Positions 45,893 through 58,400 are shown, counted from the stretch's first letter. The stretch: DNA of 64,000 bases from Auanema rhodensis (GCA_964057225.1 OZ059899.1:11160001-11224000), one strand, 5' to 3'. Translations and numbers: made by a program. The notes: generated by a model not told the origin, from the letters alone.

Positions 45893-46523
45893 AACACAAA
45901 TTTTGTAACGACTCCTCTAAAACAAGTCACTCTTAAGTCAAAAAGTAAACTAGAGCATAATGAACACGGGAAATGTGAGAAGATAATTCTTTTATCATAT
46001 AGTTCGAACCTTCCTAAATTCAACTAACTTCCCCATACTAGATGAGATGAAAAATGAAAGACATAGTTAGCAACAATATCTGAGCAACAGTCTTCACTTG
46101 AGTAATCAATGACTCAATTTGGAAGTTATTTGGTATTACGCAAAACTTTTCTTTTTTTTCTAAACTCACACAAATTGAAACAAACAACCGAGCTCTAGCA
46201 AAAAAATAGTTAACTTTTTATCTACACTTGTTGGAGCGTTATGCTTAAAAACTTTTTTTTTATTATTTTATAAGCACGTTCGCCAATAAAACATAGTCTA
46301 GTATTCGTTAAAGAGGGTTAAAACTTTCATAATTTGGTTAAAAAAAAAAAATTTTTTTTAATTCTTTTCAGATACTGATGTTTTATATTGTATTATGTTC
46401 ATATTATAAGAATTTTACGTAAAATATTGTATTGTAACATGTACTTTAATACACACATTAACCCTTCTGCTACAGTTAATCAAGTCAAAACTTTTGATTG
46501 TCGCGAGGACGCGACATAAACTC

Positions 46524-46534
46524 GAAAAAGGGCA
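46524..46534 (+). promoter_or_regulatory. Polypurine tract of element C
   Basis: GAAAAAGGGCA before the 3' LTR; identical in D. Confidence 0.8.
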
Positions 46535-46892
46535 CGTTCCATTCGGATGATCAATGCATTACATTCATATGACGAAGCTGTAGCAGGCGGGTTAGAGTCA
46601 GAGAATGCGAGACTGAGAGAAGACGACCCGCCCTTTTCCATATTACAACACTTCAGCTTTGCCTCAGGGACGATCATGGATGGTTGGTCGTTCTCTCTCT
46701 GTTCTCTATTAGTTTAACCTTTACTTAGTTATATGTATCTTATTGTAATCACGTAGATATAATAAACCAATCTTTCTCGAGTCTTATGTTTATCCTTATG
46801 CTCCATGTTTAACCGCTACATCTGGAATACTACCACGCTCATCTTGTAGACTCCATTGGTTTGTAAGATCGACGCGGGAGCATAACGGAACG
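46535..46892 (+). repeat. 3' LTR of element C
   Basis: Direct repeat of 36256-36613. Confidence 0.97.
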
Positions 46893-47094
46893 GAATTGCT
46901 ATCATATGAAAAAATAAAAGACATAGTCAACATTGATTTCCGAAAATAGTATCATGTTTGCTTGTTATTTAATTAGAACACTTATTTTTTCATTGTTTTC
47001 TTGAAATATTCTTTTTTTTTCTTTAACAAAGTTATGACTGAGATCAAAATTTGAACTTACTTTTGAACAATTAAACAGAAATATAAAAAATATT

Positions 47095-47168
47095 TGCCGC
47101 CAGCAGGGGTCGAACCTGCGACCTTGGGCTTATTAGACCCACGCTCTAACCGACTGAGCTATGGCGGC
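47095..47168 (-). tRNA. tRNA-Ile (AAT)
   Basis: Consensus copy. Confidence 0.95.
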
Positions 47169-47762
47169 TACGAAAGCACGAAATAACAAAGCGCTGATTA
47201 TAGGAAACGTGAATGAATGCAGATATTCTCAATTCCGATTCATTAACTAGATCGTGGTCAGCATTTTACAACATTGATAAAATAGAAACTGAGAAAAAAA
47301 CATCAACAAATGACACTATTAACTTGGTTTTTTGAACAGCTTTTTTATATTTCTTTTTTCACTATGAGAGAACTTATATTTATTGCTTTTTCAAAATTTT
47401 CCATTTTTAACATTATACATCTTGACTATCACACATTGAGAACAACAGTTCGCAATGTTGGTTGTCACGTCATATTTCATGCAGTTAGATTTTCAGACAC
47501 ATTAATACCTTTGACCATTCTTCTTATGAGTTTTGTAACGATAGATCGTAATAGGAAATGAATTGGTATAATATGAAAAAATACAAGACATAGTCAACAT
47601 TGATTTCCCCAAATAGTATCATGTTTGCTTGTTATTCAATTAGAACACTTATTTTTTTGATTGTTTTCTTGAAATATTCTTTTTTTTTCTTTAACAAAGT
47701 TATGACTGAGATCAAAATTTGAACTTACTTTTGAACAATTAAACAGAAATTTAAAAAATATT

Positions 47763-47836
47763 TGCCGCCAGCAGGGGTCGAACCTGCGACCTTGGGCTTA
47801 TTAGACCCACGCTCTAACCGACTGAGCTATGGCGGC
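47763..47836 (-). tRNA. tRNA-Ile (AAT)
   Basis: Consensus copy. Confidence 0.95.
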
Positions 47837-48429
47837 TACGAAAGTACGAAATAACAAAGCGCTGATTATAGGAAACGTGAATGAATGCAGATATTCTCAA
47901 TTCCGATTCATTAACTAGATCGTGGTCAGCATTTTACAACATTGATAAAATAGAAACTGAGAAAAAAACATCAACAAATGACACTATTAACTTGGTTTTT
48001 TGAACAGCTTTTTTATATTTCTTTTTTCACTATGAGAGAACTTATATTTATTGCTTTTTCAAAATTTTCCATTTTTAACATTATACATCTTGACTATCAC
48101 ACATTGAGAACAACAGTTCGCAATGTTGGTTGTCACGTCATATTTCATGCAGTTAGATTTTCAGACACATTAATACCTTTGACCATTCTTCTTATGAGTT
48201 TTGTAACGATAGATCGTAATAGGAAATGAATTGGTATAATATGAAAAAATACAAGACATAGTCAACATTGATTTCCCCAAATAGTATCATGTTTGCTTGT
48301 TATTCAATTAGAACACTTATTTTTTGATTGTTTTCTTGAAATATTCTTTTTTTTTCTTTAACAAAGTTATGACTGAGATCAAAATTTGAACTTACTTTTG
48401 AACAATTAAACAGAAATTTAAAAAATATT

Positions 48430-48503
48430 TGCCGCCAGCAGGGGTCGAACCTGCGACCTTGGGCTTATTAGACCCACGCTCTAACCGACTGAGCTATGGC
48501 GGC
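48430..48503 (-). tRNA. tRNA-Ile (AAT)
   Basis: Consensus copy. Confidence 0.95.
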
Positions 48504-49097
48504 TACGAAAGTACGAAATAACAAAGCGCTGATTATAGGAAACGTGAATGAATGCAGATATTCTCAATTCCGATTCATTAACTAGATCGTGGTCAGCATT
48601 TTACAACATTGATAAAATAGAAACTGAGAAAAAAACATCAACAAATGACACTATTAACTTGGTTTTTTGAACAGCATTTTTATATTTCTTTTTTCACTCT
48701 GAGAGAACTTATATTCATTGATTTTTCAAAATTTTCCATTTTTAACATTATACATCTTGACTATCACACATTGAGAACAACAGTTGGCAATATTGGTTGT
48801 CACGTCATATTTCATGCAGTTAGATTTTCAGACACATTAATACCTTTGACCATTCTTCTTATGAGTTTTGTAACGATAGATCGTAATAGGAAATGAATTG
48901 CTATAATATGAAAAAATACAAGACATAGTCAACATTGATTTCCCCCAAATAGTATCATGTTTGCTTGTTATTCAATTAGAACACTTATTTTTTGATTGTT
49001 TTCTTCAAATATTCTTTTTTTTTCTTTAACAAAGTTATGACTGAGATCAAAATTTGAACTTACTTTTGAACAATTAAACAGAAATTTAAAAAATATT

Positions 49098-49171
49098 TGC
49101 CGCCAGCAGGGGTCGAACCTGCGACCTTGGGCTTATTAGACCCACGCTCTAACCGACTGAGCTATGGCGGC
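49098..49171 (-). tRNA. tRNA-Ile (AAT)
   Basis: Consensus copy. Confidence 0.95.
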
Positions 49172-49506
49172 TACGAAAGTACGAAATAACAAAGCGCTGA
49201 TTATAGGAAACGTGAATGAATGCAGATATTCTCAATTCCGATTCATTAACTAGATCGTGGTCAGCATTTTACAACATTGATAAAATAGAAACTGAGAAAA
49301 AAACATCAACAAATGACACTATTAACTTGGTTTTTTTAACACCTTTTTTTATTTCTTTTTTCACTATGAGAGAACTTATATTTATTGCTTTTTCAAAATT
49401 TTCCATTTTCAACATTATACATCTTGACTATCACACATTGAGAACAAAGTTGGCAATGTTGGTTGTCACGTCATATTTCATGAAAAACAGAAATTTAAAA
49501 AATATT

Positions 49507-49580
49507 TGCCGCCAGCAGGGGTCGAACCTGCGACCTTGGGCTTATTAGACCCACGCTCTAACCGACTGAGCTATGGCGGC
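49507..49580 (-). tRNA. tRNA-Ile (AAT)
   Basis: Consensus copy, only 409 bp from the previous one. Confidence 0.95.
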
Positions 49581-49650
49581 TACGAAAGTACGAAATAACA
49601 AAGCGCTGATTATAGGAAACGTGAATGAATGCAGATATTCTCAATTCCGA

Positions 49651-49978
49651 TGTGGCGTTATACCGCAAGTGTATAGTATGGTTGGAAGTAAAACACAAAG
49701 CGAATATGTAGAAAAAGGTTTATTGATGAATTAACAAGACAAGCACGGAATAGAATCACTGACTGCGAACGTGGAAAAATGTAAGACTGTCCTCCGTTGT
49801 TGGGCGGTCTTCTGAAATAAACTGTTACTTATGCCACATGTTAACACATATGTTATGCATATGTGTTTTGATCTAGTTACAAAGGAAGGAGATAAAGAGA
49901 GAGAGAGAGAGAGAGAGGTATATATATATAGAGAGAGATAGAGATAACAAAAACAAAACCTACTCGCTTATCGCGACA
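49651..49978 (-). mobile_element. Element E: solo LTR (328 bp) of an unrelated family; 5-bp TSD TCCGA
   Basis: TGTGGCG...CGCGACA termini; TCCGA at 49646-49650 and 49979-49983; (GA)n/(TA)n tract; strand guessed from AATAAACC on minus. Confidence 0.85.
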
Positions 49979-50507
49979 TCCGATTCATTAACTAGATCGT
50001 GGTCAGCATTTTACAACATTGATAAAATAGAAACTGAGAAAAAAACATCAACAAATGACACTATTAACTTGGTTTTTTGAACAGCTTTTTTATATTTCTT
50101 TTTTCACTATGAGAGAACTTATATTAATTGCTTTTTCAAAATTTTCCATTTTTAACATTATACATCTTGACTATCACACATTGAGAACAACAGTTGGCAA
50201 TGTTGGTTGTCACGTCATATTTCATGCAGTTAGATTTTCAGACACATTAATACCTTTGACCATTCTTCTTATGAGTTTTGTAACGATAGATCGTAATAGG
50301 AAATGAATTGCTATAATATGAAAAAATACAAGACATAGTCAACATTGATTTCCCCCAAATAGTATCATGTTTGCTTGTTATTCAATTAGAACACTTATTT
50401 TTTGATTGTTTTCTTCAAATATTCTTTTTTTTTCTTTAACAAAGTTATGACTGAGATCAAAATTTGAACTTACTTTTGAACAATTAAACAGAAATTTAAA
50501 AAATATT

Positions 50508-50581
50508 TGCCGCCAGCAGGGGTCGAACCTGCGACCTTGGGCTTATTAGACCCACGCTCTAACCGACTGAGCTATGGCGGC
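50508..50581 (-). tRNA. tRNA-Ile (AAT)
   Basis: Consensus copy. Confidence 0.95.
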
Positions 50582-51174
50582 TACGAAAGTACGAAATAAC
50601 AAAGCGCTGATTATAGGAAACGTGAATGAATGCAGATATTCTCAATTCCGATTCATTAACTAGATCGTGGTCAGCATTTTACAACATTGATAAAATAGAA
50701 ACTGAGAAAAAAACATCAACAAATGACACTATTAACTTGGTTTTTTGAACAGCATTTTTATATTTCTTTTTTCACTATGAGAGAACTTATATTTATTGCT
50801 TTTTCAAAATTTTCCATTTTTACCATTCTACATCTTGACTATCACACATTGAGAACAACAGTTGGCAATATTGGTTGTCACGTCATATTTCATGCAGTTA
50901 GATTTTCAGACACATTAATACCTTTGACCATTCTTCTTATGAGTTTTGTAACGATAGATCGTAATAGGAAATGAATTGGTATAATATGAAAAAATACAAG
51001 ACATAGTCAACATTGATTTCCCCAAATAGTATCATGTTTGCTTGTTATTCAATTAGAACACTTATTTTTTGATTGTTTTCTTGAAATATTCTTTTTTTTT
51101 CTTTAACAAAGTTATGACTGAGATCAAAATTTGAACTTACTTTTGAACAATTAAACAGAAATTTAAAAAATATT

Positions 51175-51248
51175 TGCCGCCAGGAGGGGTCGAACCTGCG
51201 ACCTTGGGCTTATTAGACCCACGCTCTAACCGACTGAGCTATGGCGGC
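51175..51248 (-). tRNA. tRNA-Ile (AAT), T-stem variant
   Basis: C>G (plus) at 51184. Confidence 0.85.
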
Positions 51249-51841
51249 TACGAAAGTACGAAATAACAAAGCGCTGATTATAGGAAACGTGAATGAATGC
51301 AGATATTCTCAATTCCGATTCATTAACTAGATCGTGGTCAGCATTTTACAACATTGATAAAATAGAAACTGAGAAAAAAACATCAACAAATGACACTATT
51401 AACTTGGTTTTTTGAACAGCATTTTTATATTTCTTTTTTCACTATGAGAGAACTTATATTTATTGCTTTTTCAAAATTTTCCATTTTTAACATTATACAT
51501 CTTGACTATCACACATTGAGAACAACAGTTGGCAATGTTGGTTGTCACGTCATGTTTCATGCAGTTAGATTTTCAGACACATTAATACCTTTGACCATTC
51601 TTCTTATGAGTTTTGTAACGATAGATCGTAATAGGAAATGAATTGCTATAATATGAAAAAATACAAGACATAGTCAACATTGATTTCCCCAAATAGTATC
51701 ATGTTTGCTTGTTATTCAATTAGAACACTTATTTTTTGATTGTTTTCTTCAAATATTCTTTTTTTTTCTTTAACAAAGTTATGACTGAGATCAAAATTTG
51801 AACTTACTTTTGAACAATTAAACAGAAATTTAAAAAATATT

Positions 51842-51915
51842 TGCCGCCAGCAGGGGTCGAACCTGCGACCTTGGGCTTATTAGACCCACGCTCTAACCGA
51901 CTGAGCTATGGCGGC
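51842..51915 (-). tRNA. tRNA-Ile (AAT)
   Basis: Consensus copy. Confidence 0.95.
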
Positions 51916-52507
51916 TACAAAAGTACGAAATAACAAAGCGCTGATTATAGGAAACGTGAATGAATGCAGATATTCTCAATTCCGATTCATTAACTAGATC
52001 GTGGTCAGCATTTTACAACATTGATAAAATAGAAACTGAGAAAAAAACATCAACAAATGACACTATTAACTTGGTTTTTTTAACAGCTTTTTTATATTTC
52101 TTTTTTCACTATGAGAGAACTTATATTTATTGCTTTTTCAAAATTTTCCATTTTTAACATTATACATCTTGACTATCACACATTGAGAACAACAGTTGGC
52201 AATGTTGGTTGTCACGTCATGTTTCATGCAGTTAGATTTTCAGACACATTAATACCTTTGACCATTCTTCTTATGAGTTTTGTAACGATAGATCGTAATA
52301 GGAAATGAATTGCTATAATATGAAAAAATACAAGACATAGTCAACATTGATTTCCCCAAATAGTATCATGTTTGCTTGTTATTCAATTAGAACACTTATT
52401 TTTTGATTGTTTTCTTGAAATATTCTTTTTTTTCTTTAACAAAGTTATGACTGAGATCAAAATTTGAACTTACTTTTGAACAATTAAACAGAAATTTAAA
52501 AAATATT

Positions 52508-52581
52508 TGCCGCCAGCAGGGGTCGAACCTGCGACCTTGGGCTTATTAGACCCACGCTCTAACCGACTGAGCTATGGCGGC
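52508..52581 (-). tRNA. tRNA-Ile (AAT)
   Basis: Consensus copy. Confidence 0.95.
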
Positions 52582-53175
52582 TACGAAAGTACGAAATAAC
52601 AAAGCGCTGATTATAGGAAACGTGAATGAATGCAGATATTCTCAATTCCGATTCATTAACTAGATCGTGGTCAGCATTTTACAACATTGATAAAATAGAA
52701 ACTGAGAAAAAAACATCAACAAATGACACTATTAACTTGGTTTTTTGAACAGCATTTTTATATTTCTTTTTTCACTCTGAGAGAACTTATATTCATTGAT
52801 TTTTCAAAATTTTCCATTTTTAACATTATACATCTTGACTATCACACATTGAGAACAACAGTTGGCAATATTGGTTGTCACGTCATATTTCATGCAGTTA
52901 GATTTTCAGACACATTAATACCTTTGACCATTCTTCTTATGAGTTTTGTAACGATAGATCGTAATAGGAAATGAATTGCTATAATATGAAAAAATACAAG
53001 ACATAGTCAACATTGATTTCCCCCAAATAGTATCATGTTTGCTTGTTATTCAATTAGAACACTTATTTTCTGATTGTTTTCTTCAAATATTCTTTTTTTT
53101 TCTTTAACAAAGTTATGACTGAGATCAAAATTTGAACTTACTTTTGAACAATTAAACAGAAATTTAAAAAATATT

Positions 53176-53249
53176 TGCCGCCAGCAGGGGTCGAACCTGC
53201 GACCTTGGGCTTATTAGACCCACGCTCTAACCGACTGAGCTATGGCGGC
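53176..53249 (-). tRNA. tRNA-Ile (AAT)
   Basis: Consensus copy. Confidence 0.95.
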
Positions 53250-53843
53250 TACGAAAGTACGAAATAACAAAGCGCTGATTATAGGAAACGTGAATGAATG
53301 CAGATATTCTCAATTCCGATTCATTAACTAGATCGTGGTCAGCATTTTACAACATTGATAAAATAGAAACTGAGAAAAAAACATCAACAAATGACACTAT
53401 TAACTTGGTTTTTTTAACAGCTTTTTTATATTTCTTTTTTCACTATGAGAGAACTTATATTTATTGCTTTTTCAAAATTTTCCATTTTTAACATTATACA
53501 TCTTGACTATCACACATTGAGAACAACAGTTGGCAATGTTGGTTGTCACGTCATGTTTCATGCAGTTAGATTTTCAGACACATTAATACCTTTGACCATT
53601 CTTCTTATGAGTTTTGTAACGATAGATCGTAATAGGAAATGAATTGCTATAATATGAAAAAATACAAGACATAGTCAACATTGATTTCCCCCAAATAGTA
53701 TCATGTTTGCTTGTTATTCAATTAGAACACTTATTTTTTGATTGTTTTCTTCAAATATTCTTTTTTTTTCTTTAACAAAGTTATGACTGAGATCAAAATT
53801 TGAACTTACTTTTGAACAATTAAACAGAAATTTAAAAAATATT

Positions 53844-53877
53844 TGCCGCCAGCAGGGGTCGAACCTGCGACCTTGGG
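53844..53877 (-). pseudogene. Truncated tRNA-Ile (3' 34 nt only)
   Basis: CCTTGGG joined to AAGCGCTG; a 60-bp deletion removes the anticodon, D arm, 5' end and 20 nt of leader. Confidence 0.92.
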
Positions 53878-54370
53878 AAGCGCTGATTATAGGAAACGTG
53901 AATGAATGCAGATATTCTCAATTCCGATTCATTAACTAGATCGTGGTCAGCATTTTACAACATTGATAAAATAGAAACTGAGAAAAAAACATCAACAAAT
54001 GACACTATTAACTTGGTTTTTTTAACAGCTTTTTTATATTTCTTTTTTCACTCTGAGAGAACTTATATTCATTGATTTTTCAAAATTTTCCATTTTTAAC
54101 ATGATACATCTTGACTATCACACATTGAGAACAACAGTTGGCAATATTGGTTGTCACGTCATATTTCATGCAGTTAGATTTTCAGACACATTAATACCTT
54201 TGACCATTCTTCTTATGAGTTTTGTAACGATAGATCGTAATAGGAAATGAATTGCTATAATATGAAAAAATACAAGACATAGTCAACATTGATTTCCCCC
54301 AAATAGTATCATGTTTGCTTGTTATTCAATTAGAACACTTATTTTTTGATTGTTTTCTTCAAATATTCTT

Positions 54371-54736
54371 CGTTCCATTATGCTCCTACGTATATTGAAC
54401 AGACCATTGTAGTCTGCTCAACTACGCGTATAGTATTCCATAAGTGTAGCGGTATGGAAACAGAGCATAAGGATTACATAAGATAAGGAAATATATAGGT
54501 TTATTATACACAATACAATATCATTACAATACAATAACACAAGGATAAAGTAAACTACATTTACAAGACAAAGACTAATATATAAGATTAACTAAGTTAG
54601 ATGCAAACCGTCCATGGGCTTGCAAAGGGGCGAACTCCCGAATAGGGGCATGAGGGAAGGCGGTGCCATTCCTCATTCCTCTAGTCGGTCTGGCTCTAAC
54701 CCTGCAGTTACATATATAGAGTCTCCGAATGGAACG
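54371..54736 (-). repeat. 3' LTR of element D (366 bp; CGTTCCATT...AATGGAACG)
   Basis: 9-bp perfect terminal inverted repeat; adjoins the array and the PPT; ends resemble the C LTR. Confidence 0.9.
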
Positions 54737-54747
54737 TGCCCTTTTTC
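54737..54747 (-). promoter_or_regulatory. Polypurine tract of element D
   Basis: GAAAAAGGGCA on the minus strand. Confidence 0.8.
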
Positions 54748-55434
54748 AAAGATTGTCGCGACCTCGCGATATTTTAAACAAAAATTTGGGCTGATATGTA
54801 ACTGAGTTTTAGAGTTCAATTGTTTTAGCTTCACAATAACTATAGTATGATAGAGTTTTAGTTAGTATACAAACAAAATTACAATAATTTATAAGAAGGG
54901 TTCAATATAATATAAAGTAACGATGAATTAGAATATTATTAATTTCATAAATTAATTATCTTAATATTCAAGCATTTCCTAATAGAGATTGTAGAATAAG
55001 GGGCTAGTAATGAATGGGAATATGTTATTATTTTGACTAATGGTCTCAAGAAGTACTCATTTCTAAATTGAACCGAGATTATGATTTAATAATGTGTCTC
55101 CATATGTCTCCCAGAGTGAATCCTTGATTACTAATGGAGATTACCACTTAAGATGAAATTGTGGTTGATACGCCTACCAGTGTTTATCTCATCTTATTTG
55201 GAGAGGCACATGGAGCTCGGATGGTTGTCAAAATGTCCTCTAGTCCGCATAGGATTACGGTAACTTGGAACCATTAGTCATAACATCTCCTCGTTTAGAA
55301 TTTGCCTTATTTTTCCTTTTTCAATCTCTATTAAATGTTATTTTTATTTTGAATGTTATTTAGCATTAATTTTTTTTTTCTAATTCATCGTTATTTTGTT
55401 ACAATAATTTAAATAACGTAGCATTATCTTGTTG

Positions 55435-58400
55435 TTATTCTTCTTCATTCCTCGGAAGCCATATTTCGTCTTCATTTTCATCTTCTGGCTCTGTATCTAT
55501 GCTATCCTTGTTGTTCCTGTTGATCACTTCTATTATTTCGATGTCGCTATCTTCTTCTGCTTGACTTTCTCGAAACCTTGCGCGAGTGTTGTAAGAGATG
55601 TTTTGTGAAGCAGGAGAGAAGATTTTCAAGTTATCTTTGTGGACATCTTGTAGTTTTCCTGATGAATTTCTGATTTGAACTTTTGATCCTTCTACGTTGA
55701 TGACTTCGTATGGTCCATCATAGCTTTTCCGAAGCTTTTGGCCGATTTGGTGTGATTTTATAGTCGTCATCACCATGTCGCCCGGTTGAATGTCTCTATG
55801 GTGTGCTCTTTGCGTTCTATCTTTCTTCTTTTTCGCATTTTCTTGATTTTTAGCTATGCGGTTCTTTATTATTTCGTCTCTCTTGTCCATATCTGGTCTT
55901 CTTTGGAGTAATTCTTCAGAAATTTCTTGAATTTTGGTGATCGTTTCTGGTAATTCAGCGTCCATTGACATTCTGCATTCTTTACCGAATAATGGAATGT
56001 ATGGCGCAATCCCTGTAGTCGCGTGCTGAATATTGTTAATAGCAAAAGTGATTTTTGGTAATACAGTATCCCAGTCACTAAGGTCCTCTTTTAAGTAGTG
56101 GGTTAATCCTTCTTCGAGGGTTCTGTGAAGTCTTTCCACTTGTCCATTTGAGTTCTTTTGGTGTGGTAGTGTTGGTTCATGTTTGATTCCAAGTTTAGTA
56201 CACATTTCTTCGAACTTTTTAGATACAAAGTTCGAACCTCTATCGGTGATCAAGCGATGGGGTGGTCCAAAAATGTAAACGAAATGTCTTAGAAATCGGT
56301 CAATTGTGATTTCCGTTGTTATTTGTGGTACAGCAATTGTTGTTGACCATTTTGTAAATGCGTCTTGCATGGTAATGACGTAGGTACAGTTTCTTTTTGA
56401 AGGGGGAAATGGTCCCATTACGTCCATGTGGACTCGTTCAAATGGCTTGCTTGGTATCTCAAAATGACCTAATGGTTGTACCGTCATGGAATGTGGATCT
56501 TTTTTTCTTTGAGCACATTTAATGCAGTTCTTGATGAATATAGTAATGTCGTTCTGCATATTTGTCCAATAGAATCTTCTTAGAATTGCTTCTTTTGTTT
56601 TAATAATTCCTTGATGTGCTGCAATTGTAGGATCCTCATGAAAAACTTTGATTATTTCCTCAATTATGGGGTGTTCTTGTGGTATTACGATAGCGGGTTG
56701 TGGCTTTTTGTCTGTCGGTTTTGTATATAGCAAGTCGTTTATGACACAATATCTGTCATTAGCTGTCATGTTCTTTTGTGCTCTATATTCAATCTCCGCT
56801 ATCGTCCGTTTAATCCAAGGGGTGTTTAGTTGAATTTCCTTTATTGTTGGTGTATTTATGGCGTTAATGTGAATTTCTTCCATTTTCTTCTTCTTTGTTT
56901 CCGGCTTAGCATCGTTAGCTTCTTCACCTATATATCGAGATAGAGCATCGCATACTTTATTTAATTGGCCTGCGCGATATTTTATTTCAATATCATATTC
57001 TTGGATGACCAGCTGGAACTTCGCAAGACGACCAAATAAGTCTCTGCGTGTCATTAAGCTGGTAAGGGGTCGATGGTCCGTAATACATATAGTATGAGTT
57101 CCAAGAATGTATGTACGGAATTGATTTAATGCATATACAAGGCCTAATGCTTCTATCTCGATTGGTGCGTAGTTACGTTCGGCTTTAACTAGTTTTCTGC
57201 TTGCAAATGCGATAGGGTGTAGATTTTTCAGAGGTTGTTTTGGATCTTCCGGTTGTAATAATACAGCACCTATGGCGATGTTACTACCGTCGCTTTCAAC
57301 TATAAACAAACGGTCCGATTTAGGTGGGCTTAAAACGGGTGCCTGTATTAAACTTCTTTTAAGGAGGTCTAAAGCTTCTTGATGTTTGTTTTCCCATTTG
57401 AATTCAGTATCTGCCTTTGTCAGATCGTATAAAGGGCTTGCGATACGTGCAAAATCTTTCATGAATTTGCGAAAGAATCCAACCATTCCCAAGAATGCTC
57501 GTACACCTGTTGCATTCTTTGGTGCCGGATAATCTTGTATGGCGGCGACTTTTTGAGGGTCAGGTTTTATACCTTGACGTCCTACAATAAGTCCTAGAAA
57601 TTTCACTTCTGGTTGAGCAAAAGCGCATTTCTTAAGCTTTATCTTCATTCCCAATTCTTCTACTGCTTGCAGTAAATCATCGATATCTTTGAGATGTTGT
57701 TCTCTTGTATCAGATATAACTAATAGATCGTCCAAGTAAACAAATAGTTTACAAGAACATTTACTTTGCAAATACCTTACTGCTGTTTGAAAGGTATGAG
57801 GGGCTCCACAAAGGCCCATCGGCATCCGTTTGTACTGGTATGTGCCGGATGTGGTCGTAAATGCTGTTAGTGGTCGATCTGATTTTCTCAAGGATATTTG
57901 AAAAAATCCTGACACTAAATCGAAGTTTGAGAAAAATTGGGCGCCTGCTGCCAAATCAACTATGTCAGAAATGCTTGGAATGACATAAGTTTGCTTGCGT
58001 GTGACATTATTTAAAGCTCGAAAATCTGTCACAAACCTATACGTGTCATCTTTCTTCTTAACTAGTACTACAGGGCTATTAAATAGAGATGTAGAAGGCT
58101 CTATTATGCCTTGCTCAAGCATTTCTTTGACTTGCTTTTCAATTTCTTCCTGTTTTCCTAAGGGAATACGTGTTATTCTCGGCTTTGGCATATCCATATC
58201 TGTTCTCAATGGTATGGTATGCTCTATAGGACCTTTAAATAATCCTATTTTCCTGTCCTCGTTAAGAAATGCCTCACGATGGCTTTCAATTATTTTTGTA
58301 AGCTCATGTTTTTCTTCTTTCGTGAGATCAGCATTCTCTAGATCAAGATCTTTTATGAAGTGTCTTGGAAAATATGGTAGTTTACTCTCCCAATCGGCTT

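Larger units (their letters stand above)
36256..46892 (+). mobile_element. Element C: gag-env-pol LTR retrotransposon of a second family, defective; 4-bp TSD GAAT
   Basis: 358-bp LTRs with one difference seen (36582 C vs 46861 T); GAAT at 36252-36255 and 46893-46896; PBS; PPT. Confidence 0.97.
46893..54370 (-). repeat. tRNA-Ile(AAT) tandem array, segment 3 (10 full plus 1 truncated tRNA; deletions and a solo LTR)
   Basis: Same unit; shortened unit at ~49482; 60-bp deletion at 53877. Confidence 0.97.

Noticed and set aside
7864-53642. Recurrent 83-aa ORF (MTLLTWFFEQ...) and its variants in almost every array unit
   Set aside because: It is an AT-rich spacer ORF that recurs only because the unit is repeated. 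Differences are largely amino-acid changing, several copies are frameshifted, and no domain is recognisable
7503-54370. CRISPR-like or SINE interpretation of the periodic repeat
   Set aside because: Spacers are near-identical rather than unique, there are no cas genes, and the unit is a head-to-tail tandem with an intact tRNA and no poly-A tail or TSD
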